A DNA stretch of 64,000 nucleotides from Zootoca vivipara (taxonomy: Eukaryota): assembly GCF_963506605.1 (NCBI RefSeq), contig NC_083277.1, positions 93,868,001 through 93,932,000 on the forward strand, read 5' to 3'. The notes beneath the pieces are model-generated. The model was not told the DNA's origin, did no database searches, and worked only from the letters and a program-made list of their open reading frames with translations. The first letter of the stretch is position 1, and each line of letters opens with the position of its first letter. Both the position numbers and the translations under genes were made by a program. Positions 24,868 through 38,385 of the stretch are shown one piece after another.

Positions 24868-27800
24868 TGGTTTATTTTAGATTGTTGGCATCCATCTGTC
24901 TCAGTGGAGTGCACCTCCAGTGGTGAAGTCAAACCGCTGTGTTAGCAGCACCGAAGTGCCCTTCCAGATGACAATAGCCCAGATGACAATAGCCCCACCC
25001 CCCTGGCCTTGCTGATGTGGCCCAAAGGAAAGCAGAGCAACACTGAGCAGGACCTCAGGTGGTGATCACAACATAAAGACAGGTTTCTGTGGAGACTGTC
25101 CAGCTGGTGACAAGTCATAGTTTTCCCTGCCCTTCCTCAGGTATTCCGAAAGATATTGTGGACAAGTGGCAAGGGAATTAAATGGCTGCTTTGACTGGGA
25201 CACAGCTACAATATGCTTCCACTTGGCCATCATGTCCTTTATGACACACCAAGGGTTCTATGAATTGGCTCTGACTGGAAACCAGGGTTCAGATATGGTA
25301 GCATTTCTCCTTTTCAGAACTTTGAAAGTCACATCAAGGTCACTGTGCTATGTGAGGACACCCACCCACACCCTACATGGGCAATAGCCCAGTTGGTAGA
25401 GCAGGAGTCTCTTAATTGCAGTGTTGTGGGTTCGATTCCTGTGTTACAGTGGCTCCCTTCCAACTACAGTTCTACAATTCACACTGTATTTATTTCCTCC
25501 CCACTATGAATAAGCACCTTTTAAAAAAAATTACAAACAAGTATTTTGGCCACACATCGTCTTTTCATTGATTATGCTGTCACTTACAATAATAACAGAG
25601 TGGTAATTTATACTAGTGTTATTTTGTTCTCTTTTGCTGACTGCGTCATTAAAATGCCGCTGGCTGAATGTGGGATTCTGCAGCTCACTCATTCTCTGTC
25701 CCTTGCTGTGGATATTCATTCTGGATTTTCTGGACATAGCTGTGCTTCCGTGTCAGGTTGTTAGGGGTCAGTGGTTTCATGTGTGGGCGTGCAGGTACTA
25801 TTTTTAGTATATATTTGTGTCTGCTCCTGCTTGGATTCACTCTAGCCAATGCGCTTGGATTTGAGGATTGTCATTAGTGATGATGTGCAATATCACCACT
25901 GAGCGCAATATGGCTCTTTTCGCAGTAGGTGGGTTTTCCTTTTACAATTATTGCTTGCTCATGGAAATCAGGTACAAAAGGGGCAGATGCCATCTTGAGT
26001 TGTTTTTACAACAGCAAGTATTTTGAGGACAGGGAAAAGTCAAGAGTGCTGCTTTCTGCGCAGCTCTGGTTATACTCCATGCAGGGCCCTTTATCCATTT
26101 TTGCTCAGCCCACCATGCTAAGCAAGACATGTATTAATTTGAAAGAAATCAGTGTATATATCAAATATTAGCAAAAGCTGTGAGCTAAATGCCCTGTGTA
26201 CATTTTTCATCTTTGATGGTTTCTAAACCCTAATGGTTCTGAAGCAGATGTTTGTATGGTACATGACTCAGAGTAGGAAGGATCCACTTTCTGGTATCAC
26301 TAACTTCGGCTACTTGTGAGCACATCAAATTCTCTGGAGCCATGTGGTGCTATGCCATTGTGAAGGATGGCCCATAGTTTCAGGTGGAGATTGTGCATGA
26401 GGATTTGTGAATCAACAAATACTGCATATCCTCTATGATTGTGGGATTTAAATAGCTTTCCCATATTCCAAAATGGAATAACCAGGACACCCCAAAAGTT
26501 GTTGAGCTTTTATTAGGAAGACCCCAAAATTGTTGAACTTTTTAAAGGAACCCCACCCTTTTTAAACAAAAACTCTTGCAAACATGCTATTGAATAAGCC
26601 TCATTTGAGTATTTTCAGCTTACTCTAATAGCGTCAGAAGTCAAGTAGTAGTGGGTTTTGAGATGGCGACCCATGGGCTGCTAATGAGGATGTCCCAAAG
26701 TCTTAGATGTAGGGACAGGAGAAAAAGTAAATTTATTTCTCATATAAAGGTGAACCTACCTAATTTGCACATTCCAAAACACAATGCAAACTGAAACATT
26801 GCCATTCTTTTGAAATTCACAATTCTGTGAATTTTGCAATGCACTTCTCCAACCAAGTAATGTGTACAAAAATGCATGTACTAAGGTAAACTGTGCATAA
26901 AAATGCTTATATTATTGCAATTAGCATAAAAATGCATTAAATTAAGAAAATAGGCTTTGAAAGACATGTATTAGGGGAAATTGCATACAAAAGATTAGCA
27001 GAGATGTGTACTAAAACCATGAATTTTCATGATGACTTTTATTTTTTTAAAAAAAATTCAAACTGATGTGAAAATTCAGAAAACTGACTTAAAAGATTTT
27101 ATAAATGAGAAACCAAGAGAGATAAAAATGGACAGATTTCCCCATTCCTTGCTATATTGAAGGAGGGAGCTATTGGGAGATCAGCTACACCAGCCAGAGT
27201 TGATCTGGTGAGCTTCCCTAACCACTTTAAAATGTTTAGGTTGGGTTTGCTCACTGGTCTGTGCAACTATGAAGCATACAATTCTATAATCCTCCTGCTG
27301 GCTTCAAACTATCTTCTTCTTGTTTTCTCTATGCATCTATCTTCTGCCTATTTTGCAGGAATGAGCCTCCCATAAAGCCCCCATCTTTAAATAATGATGC
27401 ATTCTCATTTATGGCTTGGCGCATGAATCCCATTTTTGCTGCATGTGAGTTTTCTGCCATCTTTACTGCTATGTGCCAGCATTCTTTTTGCCAAATAATC
27501 AAAAAGTCTGGCATCATTTTTGTCACATCCCCATCTATTCCTGCCTATTCTCTTTACCTACCACAGAGCTTGTGTGAATTATCCATTTAAACCCCTGAGC
27601 AAGAACAGCTGAATAAATTAGATTGATATGCGGGAGAAGGGAACACAGCGCTCTATAGATTTTGTATTACCAACACTCAATTTACTTGCTGTTTAAACAG
27701 GAGTTATTCTTATTAAAGATTTGCTGCTGGAACCCTGATGGAATGAAATCAATTTTAATGGTAGCTGTTGGAACGGTTAATCATCATGATAGCTGATTTT

Positions 27801-28385
27801 AAAAAATGTACTTCCTGTTTTGTATTGGGAGTAATTAGCTTAATAAGACTCTAATGAGAGCATGTCAACACATAGCCAAAATTAGTGGATATGGTTCTGG
27901 TGTGCAAGATATAAAGAAATAAGAGAGAGATAAAAAAATGCATATACAGTAATGGCAAAGAAATCAGTGGACAACCATATTTAAAATAAGCAAGTTTCAA
28001 CCTTGTTTAGGTAAGGGGGCTTCCTAGTCAAAGAACACTTGGTTTGGGCTTTTACAAAGGGATTAGGAATTTCTATTGAAGAATTTGCTATACAATTTGG
28101 GTGAGGGGTGGTTGGAGTCAGAGCTTTGTTTCTCAAATTCGCATGTAAGATGATGATATGTATGATGTATGATGATACACCAGTAGTAACTGGCGATGTC
28201 TGATACAGTAATTTTTCTGCTATCATTTATATATGCTTATTTTGCCTCCCAGTACTTTTCTAAAACTCCTAGACCTGGCTATTACAATCAAGAGCAGGAT
28301 GATAATTGACTAGCTCAAATTGCACCATTTAGCCTCTAAGTCAGGAGTAGCTAACACCCACTCCCTGATCAAAGTTTTATCCCCA

Positions 28386-28387
<2 letters not shown>

Positions 28388-28435
<48 letters not shown>
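28388..28435. repeat. (CA)n microsatellite
   Basis: Perfect run. Confidence 0.95.
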
Positions 28436-28436
<1 letters not shown>

Positions 28437-28484
28437 AATGCCACTCCAAGCTGCAGAACTATTTGGGGGCTTAAGAAACCTCTA

Positions 28485-28587
28485 CTGGGAGGTTTTTAAT
28501 GGTTGATGTTTTATTGTGGTTTTAAATATTTTGTTGGGAACCACCTAGAGCGGCTGGGGCGGCACAGTCAGATGGGTGGCAAATAAA

Positions 28588-28644
<57 letters not shown>

Positions 28645-28657
28645 TAATAATAATAAA
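28485..28657 (+). mobile_element. L2-like LINE 3' end with (AAT)n tail
   Basis: Similar to the reverse complement of 9830-9960; long (AAT)n run. Confidence 0.7.
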
Positions 28658-30072
28658 TATGGGCTTGGCTTTCACAAGCCACAAGTTCTGTTCTGAGCCT
28701 GGCTTGGAAGGCCTTTGTTAGACAGAGGGTTATAGACTCAGAATCATATAGTTGGAAGGGACCCTGAGAATCATCCAGTCCAAGGAATATGCAGCTGTCC
28801 CGTATGGGGATCCAAACTGCAACCCTGGTTTTATCTACCCAGCTCAGCTATCCGTCTCTAATAATATCTGCTCTTGCGTTTTCCATGAAGCTGATGGCTC
28901 CTCGGGCACTTGGTTTTCTTACAGACTACTCTGTTTCTCTGGTGTCTCTGTGCTTTTCATTCTTCTCATATAATTCCCCTTGTGTGTTGTGTTATTCTCT
29001 TTGCACACCGAGTTCCTACGAGAGGAAGGCTTGGTTGCCTCCGCTGTTCATAAAACTTGACAGCAAGTCAGTGCTAATTTAAGACATCTTAGGTGCATGT
29101 GATATTGCGCTGGAAACATATGGGGTTTGCCACTGATGCCAGGCTACATTGGTAGAATTTAAAAGCATGATGGATTAGAAACTACGGTTATGCATCTCCA
29201 GAGGGACAGCCCAGTTGGCCTAAATCTCACTGCTGCAACCACCAGCTGTGGGGGGTGGGGGTGGCTTTTGAGGCATGGTTCGAAGAGCTTGCAAACAATA
29301 TACATCTCTCATCAAAAAACCAAATGCAGCTAACCAATGTTATGCCATAAACAGATGAGGTCGTTTTCAGTGCAGACATACATTCCGGTGTGGGAAAGTA
29401 TACAAGAGCCTGTTTTTCAACTTCACACCTGAGTTTAGGATGCAGGTTGCTTAAAAACAAGCCTCCGTCTCCTTTTCTTTACCAGGTCTTAGTGGTGCTG
29501 TTGCATGTGATGCAACTGAGAAGCTGGCTTTGTGTGATCCTCCTTTGAAAGCACTTTGTGCTGTCATCTTTTCCCCTACTGTCCTCCACCCCACCCCACC
29601 CCCTGCCTTGTTCATCAGAGCTGCATACACAACATGCCTCCAGCATCCCATTGGTCCCTTCCAGAGAGGAAAAACATCATGGAACAGAACTTTAAAAGCA
29701 CCCGTCCCTCTGTATCTCACACACATGCATGATAGAGCCTTGTTGTTTCTTGCTGACTCCAGGCATTTCCTATGTAGAAAGCAGTCAGCATTAGAGGAAG
29801 CTTCACCTGTACTGTATTTCCAAACCAGTTTGAGCAGAGCTCGCCAGGAGCTACACAGAAAGAAAAGGAGACTGATTTTTTCCTGGGTATATTTTCCAAC
29901 TTCTAATACAGAGCTAAGTTTGAAATATCATTTAGATATGACACCAATGGCATTTTTGTTATATTGCTAGGATAATATTCTTGAAGCCTCAGTAAAAAAA
30001 ATCATGAATTAAGGCTCTAATTTATGCTACAAGAACTGTTACGGGTGCAGAGAAGGCCCTGGAGGTATGGGG

Positions 30073-30287
30073 CAGGGTTGCCAGACTCAATAGAGGACAG
30101 GATTTCTGTGCCTTTAATTGCCCTACTCTCTTTTGAGTCTGAAAACATTAAAGAGAAACCAGCAGACCCTTTGCTTGGAAATTAAACAAAGGGTCTGCTG
30201 GTTTCTCTTTAAGGTGTCCAGACTCAAAAGAGAGCAGGGCAATTAAAGGCACAGAAGTCCTGTCCTCTATTGAGTCTGGCAACCCTA
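30073..30287. mobile_element. Palindromic hAT MITE (215 bp), copy 1
   Basis: TIR (c/t)agggttgccagactcaatag; almost entirely self-complementary; loop inverted relative to copy 2. Confidence 0.88.
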
Positions 30288-30947
30288 GATGGAGCATGCC
30301 ACTGTCATATCTAGTTGTGTGCTGTTCCATCTGCCTTTTAGCAACAGAATACATTGCTGTGCACTTTTGATGAATTTTGGAGAAGGGCATCCAAATATGC
30401 TTTTCTGGAAGCCAAGGTAAAAACCAGAGTCTGGATTGACTGTGCCACTCAAATGTGGATCTCTGCTTCTGCGGCAACCGTTTAAACAGAGGCCAAAGGC
30501 ACTGGCCCAGCATTAGCTGTGGCACACTGATATGCAGTTCAGAGCTTGATTTCAGACCTACTCCTTTGTGACAGAGGCAGCGTTTCCTCCAGGATGTTTG
30601 CAACCATGAGGGTGATTGACCCTGACTTTCAGCATGTCTAGAATCCATTGCTTTCACCACCAACCCAAGTTGTCCCAGGCAGCTGCATACATTTGACATT
30701 GGAGGCAGAGCTTCTGTATCAGCAGAAATGGCTTCCTATATGGGCCCTGAAGCCTCTCTACAAATTCAGACACGGAGCATCTAATAGATTTTGCATTAGC
30801 AAAATATTTTTGGCAGATGGTGAAAGAAGAAAAAATGCTTGATTTTCAGTGTTCAGCAGGTGAAAATAAACAGGGTTTAAATAAATGGACTGGGTTGCTG
30901 TACTGAGTGAGCAAGTTATTGCCAAGGAGATCGTGTGGCATGCTCTT

Positions 30948-31480
30948 TGTTGTTGTTTAGTCGTTTAGTCGTGTCCGACTCTTCGTGACCCCATGGACCA
31001 TAGCACGCCAGGCACTCCTGTCTTCCACTGCCTCCCGCAGTTTGGTTGAACTCATGTTCGTAGCTTCGAGAACACTGTCCAACCATTTCGTCCTCTGTCG
31101 TCCCCTTCTCCTAGTGCCCTCAATCTTTCTCAACATCAGGGTCTTTTCCAAGGATTCTTCTCTTCTCATGAGGTGGCCAAAGTATTGGAGCCTCAGCTTC
31201 AGGATCTGTCCTTCCAGTGAGCACTCAGGGCTGATTTCCTTCAGAATGGATAGGTTTGATCTTCTTGCAGTCCATGGGACTCTCAGGAGTCTCCTCCAGC
31301 ACCATAATTCAAAAGCATCAATTCTTCGGTGATCAGCCTTCTTTATGGTCCAGCTCTCACTTCCATACATCACTACTGGGAAAACCATAGCTTTAACTAT
31401 ACGGACCTTTGTAGGCAAGGTGATGTCTCTGCTTTTTAAGATGCTGTCTAGGTTTGTCATTGCTTTTCTCCCAAGAAGCA
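30948..31480 (-). mobile_element. RTE-BovB LINE 3' fragment
   Basis: ORF 30957..31520(-) KVRIVKAMVFPVVMYGSESWTIKK...RIDAFELWCWRRLLRVPWTARRSN; (CAA)n tail; 11-bp TSD ggcatgctctt at 30937-30947 and 31481-31491. Confidence 0.93.
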
Positions 31481-32543
31481 GGCATGCTCTTACCAACCCA
31501 GGTAAGATAGGTAGTGTCAACTTCAGCTTTTGTGCTGGCCTGCAGAAAGCACATTTTCTAATATAGGCTCAGAACAATACTGGCAGTCCAGAATGTTAAA
31601 CATTGAAGGCTCCTGTACTAAGATTTGAGAAGAGAAGCATATTTACATATGTAACGAACGCTTTGATACAGCAGGGGTGGCCAGCCCAGTGTCCTCCAGA
31701 TGTTACGGATACACTGGAAATCAAATTTCCATCTGCTTCAGCCAGCTTGGTCAGTGGTCAGGGGAGATGCCGCACATTCTCCCACCCCTGCTGTGTAGCC
31801 TTGTTTTAAAGAACCACTCTGGCCTGCATTATCTTGTAGGAAAGCGAGGCAATGAGCAGACCTGAGTGCATTCTAGTGTGGCCATGTTGTGGGTAAGCCT
31901 GCTGATTCTCAGACCGAAAGAAGAAAATATTTTAAAAAGGAAGTCTCACTCGAAACCACCTGGAACTGGAACTGGACTCAGCTTTCCTGAAGAAGGATGA
32001 GGGAATGCTGAGAGGAGGAAAACAGGCATATCTTTAAAACAGGCTCAGATTATGAATACATAAAAAAGCTATTCTTTTACCATTCTTTTAGTGACAAGAT
32101 GCCAGTATTGAGCAACATGAGCTTAGCACCATCCTTCCCTCCTCTCCATTCCCATCTGTTGATAGAGAAACTTGTTTGTCCCACTTTGAGTGTGACCATC
32201 CCTTGAAGAGGTTCTGAGAAAGAGGTCCAGGACTCAGCCTTAGGGAAGCTTTTATTTTCACACAGAGCAGACTGTTCTGAAAACACACATGTCAACAGTT
32301 TAGGAAGTGGTGTTCTTAACAGGATGCTGAGGGCAGGTGGCAGGGAGCGAAAGATCCCAGAAGAAGACACCAAAGAAAAATCCCAGTGAATATGCCTTTT
32401 ATTTTCCAAAATCAATTATCGTGAATGTCATTTGCAACGAATTCTGTAAAAAAGGAAAAAAGAGGAGGGAAATGAGAACCAATCAGAAAAGTTATGGATG
32501 CAGTCAGATAGGTCAGCCTTCTTTGACCTGGTACCCTCTAGAT

Positions 32544-32673
32544 CAGGCATCCCCAAACTGCAGCCCTCCAGATGTTTTGGCCTACAACTCCCATGATCCA
32601 ACAGGACCAGTGGTCGGGGAAGATGGGAATTGTAGTCCAAAACATCTGGAGGGCCGAAGTTTGGGGATGCCTG
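32544..32673. mobile_element. hAT-Charlie-type MITE nested in an older related MITE (~32514-32785)
   Basis: TIRs caggcatccccaaact / agtttggggatgcctg; TSD ctctagat / ctctatat. Confidence 0.85.
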
Positions 32674-34785
32674 CTCTATATATTCTTCGACTCCTTCAAC
32701 CCTAGCCAGCATGGCTAATGGTTAGGGATGGTGGGAGTTGTAGTCCAACAACAACTGCTGGATGGGACCAGGTTGGTAAAGGCTGAGAGAGATTGAAAAT
32801 TGTTGAAAGACACACCTCGAATAGTATAAATCCTACAGAGAAGAAGCTAGGAGACAATGGAAGTCATATTTGAGGATGTGGCTTCTATTACTAGAACAGC
32901 AAGACACATTTTTTAATTCCTGCAGAGCTCTGTATAATGGAAGGAAGGGAAGAGTTTATGCAAAGGACCATTGCTCTGCAGATGATTGCCTGAAACCTCT
33001 CTGAGGTTAAACTAGAAGAACCATGTAGAATGCTGCAAGTGTACTTTCAAGCTGTACTCCAAAGAACTCTGTAGAAACCCAAAAGCACACTGCAAATGAC
33101 CAACCACATGGGTGTGATAAGGAGAAAACAGGATATTCAGAAGACATATCATCACTTGTCTGGAGGGGAAGTGATACCAATAGAAAGTCTGGCATCTTAA
33201 ATAAAATGGAAGAAGATGAAAACAGAAAAAGGTTGGATCGTTTCTAGTGTGTCTATGTGTCTGAATGCCTTTTTAATTGGGAAATAGATTTGGAGAGTTT
33301 CAGCTCCTTGTTTGTCCCAGTTAGGGAGGGAGAGAAATTGAAGGCAAAAATCAAAATGAAAGCTTGGAGTTGCAAAGCCCTTTTGGAGGCAGGATCTTGG
33401 AAAGATAGTGAGTGACAGTTCCCTTCCCCCCCCCCCCACCCCAGTGGTTGCATGACTTATTCCCTCAGCCTCTGAACAGCTCCAACCACCATCTGTGGCC
33501 TGGGTTGACATCTAAGCGAGATGCAGGATTGCTTTCCTCCAACTTAGTGGTTGGAAATGGCTTTTTGTCATCGTGCAGGCCTGATTGAATTGTAGGAATG
33601 GCTGATTAAATTAATGCCAGAACCAAATAAGATGCAACAGTAGCAGGGAATTAGCTTTAAGAAGGTCCTAGCGACTAAGCACCAGTCTCTCCATCAGGAT
33701 GATTTAATGAGTTTAGATGAGAACAAGCCTAGAGGGTTATGGCACCCCTGTGTAGCTTTGCAATCAGGTGGGAACATTAAGCAAGCTTAGTGCTGTCAGA
33801 AGAAGCCAGATGGACGGTTGTGGAGATTGAGGTCTATTCTTTCTAACCTTAGAACAGCTGTAATGGAAGTTTTTGTGGTACTTCTCTGCCAAATGGCCAC
33901 AGCCCAAATATTGATATTGCCTCTTTTTTTGGACCTGTTCCTTTCCAGAAGTGCATCCTACTAATCCCTTTCCCCCAGCCCCAGTCCTGTAAAGAAGTTG
34001 GACCACCATTTTTCCAAGATCTGAGCTTTACTGGTCCAGACTTTGACATGAGGTTAACTCTAAATTTATTCTGCAAAGTAAATTATAACAAATACCCTAC
34101 ATACTGATTTAGGAAGGGGGCAGAAATCACCCATCTGGGGAAAAATAAAACCAAAGTTTTCTGTTGAATGGAAGGTCTTTCTCAGTAGTGCTTGAATTGT
34201 TTCTGGCAGAGTTGTTTTGCGCTTTTAGCTAAAAGTAAATCACTGGTCCCATTGTTTCCATGGATAACCCTTCACAAATTATCATTGCTTCCTTGCTGTC
34301 CGCAATTCAATTTTTGAATAGTTCTTCTTTTGTGTCTACCTCATGCTTTATCCAAGACCTTATACCCATTCCGTGATGGGAAGAGATTCAGAGTTTTGTA
34401 TATGCTGTTTGTTTCTTGTTCTTATATATTTGAAACTTTATTAGAAATACTGTAATTTTATAGGAGAAGGTTGTACATATTGCTGTCATGGAAAAACTTG
34501 ACATCTGCATGTGCTGCAGTGAACTGCAGAGCCTGAGGACTGTGTAGATATTTAGTGCATCTATTTCCCATATCTGAATAATCACCCCATCTTAACATTG
34601 TCCCTGCAAAGTATGAATTCATCTGGAAGTAGCTTTCACTGGTGTTTTCCTCATTTGCCTTTCTAATCCATGACTTACCTCATTTGTCTATTCCTCCCCC
34701 CTTACAATAAGATGCTAATGCTCTTTCATTGATGGTAGGTTATATATACCGTTATGTGTGTCTGTGTGTATGTGTCTATTCAGTG

Positions 34786-35000
34786 TAGGGTTGCCAGACT
34801 CAATAGTGGACAGGACTTCTGTGCCTTTAATTGCCCTGCTCTCTTTTGACTCTGGAAACCTTAAAGAGAAACCAGCAGACCCTTTGTTTAATTTCCAAGC
34901 AAAGGGTCTGCTGGTTTCTCTTTAAGGTTTCCAGAGTCAAAAGAGAGCAGGGCAATTAAAGGCACAGAAGTCCTGTCCACTATTGAGTCTGGCAACCCTA
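34786..35000. mobile_element. Palindromic hAT MITE (215 bp), copy 2, with perfect 101-bp arms
   Basis: 34786-34886 is the exact reverse complement of 34900-35000; perfect 8-bp TSD attcagtg. Confidence 0.93.
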
Positions 35001-37855
35001 ATTCAGTGTTGTAAATTATATATCTATATTACTTTCCCCCCCTTTCTACACCTACTATGCCCATGATGCATTTTGGTTTTAGCTTATCGTGAGCATTTTC
35101 AGGGATCAGTGTCAGCCCTAGTAACATAAAATGAAATCTGTTTCTTTTTGGTGCTGTTAACTTCTTTCTTTAAAATCAAATACTGTACAGTATTGCTAAA
35201 TGATGAGTCAGTAAAATGTTGTTTGGTATTTCCTAAGGAATAGTTGAAATTCCTCCTCACCCGCCCCTTCCTTCTTTTGTATCTTTCCTTCAGAATCCTT
35301 CGTTACCATGGTAATGGTCTCAGGCCGTGTTTGCGTTTCAGTGTTTTTTAATAACTGGGAAGTTCCGGGTGCAAAGCGGGCAGAATCATTTGGGTCACTA
35401 GGGGCTTTCTGTCTGATCATCCTCGTTCATCTCTCTGCTTTGTGGCAGGGCCAATTTTGTTAATGTTAAAGGGATAAGAATAAAATCCTCTTTGGGACTT
35501 GGTGTTCTTTGTTGAAACATCTTAGGATGAAGGGGAAGAGGTGGAGCTGGGCAATAGAGTCAGTTTAGGCTGCCTGATTCCAGCTATTCTTATCAACACA
35601 CTGTGTTGGATGGAAGGGGGGGGGAAGCAAGTTTAAATTTCGGAGGAGCTAATGAAATCCCCAGATATAACCAAGTGGCGTTTTCATTCTTTTGCCATTT
35701 AGATCTGCAAAGTACCAGAACAGAATGTTGAAACTTTGGTTGCAGCTTCCCTAGAAACCCCTAAAAGCCAGATGAACCTGCAGACAACTTCAAAATATTA
35801 AGAAGTGAAGCTTTGTTAAAATAACTGGAACTCCTCACTCCAAAAGTATTAATTGTGCCTGCTGTTGGGAGTGAACAATGATGGGGATCAAAGAACACAT
35901 GTGCCATAGATAGAACTTTCTCGGCTATAGTAGGGGCCACCAAAATACACCCACAGAGGCCTTCCTTGGCACCCACGGTGTCCCCTCCTCCCACTGAAAT
36001 TATGATTGAAATAAGCATTCTGTTGTAGCCAAGGTGGTGGTGTGTGCTTGATTGCAGTGTGTGTTGTGCCCATGGTAGCTCCTTGTGTTTGTTTGCAAAT
36101 GGGCCCCAAAAGATTGGAGACCTCCTGGGCATGATGATCCCATTTCCAACAAATGGCATGCCGCATGACTATGTTAAATGATGCTCTGTGTAGTGGGGAT
36201 GCCTGTTCTAAATGACACACCGTTGACCACATATGATGGTTACATATGCTGGGTCTGCTTATGATGCTAGCAGGGGTGCAGCAATGTATGCAGTGAGAGT
36301 TTAGATTTTTTAAACAAGTCCTAATGCTGATGGAAGAGACGGGCTGGATTTGTTCTTGCATTGTGCCTGTGGATCGTTCCTGCCCCCGGCTGATCCGACA
36401 GTTATTAGATACCTACAAAAAGTCAGTAAAGTGTTCTGAATTTCCTTGCTTTCTCAAACAACTTCTAGGTTTGCAGAATCCTCATCTGCTCCCCTCAAGG
36501 AAAAGAAAGTTTCTCAAATTGATGTGTGCTATAGCCATTCATGAGCACCAAATAGTTGCATTAGTGGATAAGAATTTGCATTCCATGGAGAGCAATGCGG
36601 TGCACTGCCTTGCAAATTGTAATGCATTTTCAGCCTCTGTCCTCCCGCCCAATCTCTGCATAGTTTGCACAAGGGTTTGTGCATGTAGCTGCCAATTTTT
36701 TTATTTTCCCTGGACAGAAATTAAATCAGGGAGAAATGGACACGAGAAGAGTTAGGATAATTGTCTGTGCACTAGCAAAACAGCAATATCTGCATCAGAA
36801 ATCAAACCTGATGGATTACTGCAGTATCCCTACCATGTGCACTGCCAACACATACCGGTATATCTGGGTTTGTCTGTGGGCATGGGATATGCACATATTT
36901 TAGCATTGTAGTGACGCAGGGCCAAGATAGACTAGAGCTTTGCTCCTTGTGAATAGCTGGTTCTGAGGCTGAGTCTAATTGAGACCATGGATATACTTCC
37001 TGTTCCGTGGTCCTGGCCCTCCCCCATTCCCTCATCCGTTATTTCATGAACAAAAAGCAGCTATGCAAAGCTGAACCGTGTAATAAACTGATCAGACTGA
37101 TTGGAAGGGTACATGGCTGTTGCATCCTCCTCACACCACCACTCAGAAAAATTACCCCAGCAGCACACACACCCCTGTTGTATTCTATTCTCCCCTCCCC
37201 ACTCCCCCCACAGCAGTCAGCTAGCATTCCATGATCGGTGAGCATACTCAGTCCATATTGGGCTGTTTTTGTGTTTCCCTCCCCCTAGGGTCCCCCCACT
37301 AATGTGCCGTATATATTTTTAATCTGGGTCGTGTGTGGGTGCTGCTGTTTTTTTCTACAGAATGATCCATACTTGGAGAACAAGCTTGCTATTAGTAAAT
37401 GTGTAACAATGCTTGGTATTAAATGATATGCAGACAAGAAAAAACATTAGCATGGAAACAACATTCTCTGTGGGCAGTTTATCTTGTTACATAAGTACCC
37501 TGGCTCTGAATATGTCTTGGTAATAAGCTATTTACAGAAAGAGAATCTTTAAGTCAAGAGTTCGGAGTGGTGTTGATAGGGAGCTGCATTCCTCTATGTT
37601 ATATGGATGGAATTTATCTCACAGATACACAAAATAATTGTGGTGTTTCATTCTGATGCTCCTAGAGTGTTCTCATTTCCCTAAGCTTCTTTTTTATTAA
37701 GGGATATCTCCGCGTCCTGCAGTATTTCAGTATCACTTATCTTACCTTCATTCTGAATATGTATCAGCTCCACATTGGCAAGCGGCTATGATCCTTGGAA
37801 CTCCCCCCTTTTTTTGTTTCCATACATTTAGAACAAGGATGGGGACCCTGTAGAG

Positions 37856-37992
37856 CAGGCATCCCCCAAACTTCGGCCCTCCAGATGTTTGGGACTACAA
37901 TTCCCATCTCCCCCGACCACTGCCCCTGTTAGCTAGGGATCATGGGAGTTGTAGGCCAAACCATCTGGAGGGCCGCAGTTTGGGGGTGCCTG
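37856..37992. mobile_element. hAT-Charlie-type MITE nested in an older MITE (~37834-38110)
   Basis: Same family as 32544; perfect 8-bp TSD ctgtagag. Confidence 0.87.
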
Positions 37993-38298
37993 CTGTAGAG
38001 CTCCAGATGTTGATGGGCTATAGGTCCCATCATCTGTGACCACTGACTATTTTGGCTTGAGTTGATGGGAGTCCAACAATCTCAGGAGAGCCATGGGTTG
38101 CCCACCTCTGCTTTAAACATTCATCTGGCTCTCATACAAACTTCCACATGCTCATACAAAACATTTTTTGTGATTAAAGCACATTGCCTGGTCTAAGCCC
38201 TTTAAGTGACAACATGTCAAAGGCCCAGTTCAAACGCCAAGACACAATTAAACAAGGTGACCTTTACTGGGAATGTGATAAGGGGAGTACAACGTTTC

Positions 38299-38303
<5 letters not shown>

Positions 38304-38381
<78 letters not shown>

Positions 38382-38385
38382 TGTG
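38304..38385. repeat. Compound (CT)n(GT)n microsatellite
   Basis: Direct reading. Confidence 0.95.

Noticed and set aside
25877-25905. Intronic C/D-box snoRNA (GTGATGA...CTGA)
   Set aside because: The boxes are only about 15 nt apart, no further D box or terminal stem is visible, and the site is far from a branch point
31415-31507. Exonisation of antisense BovB using the CAG|GTAAGA donor at 31501/31502
   Set aside because: The candidate acceptors give very short, frameshifting or stop-containing exons, and nothing else supports use
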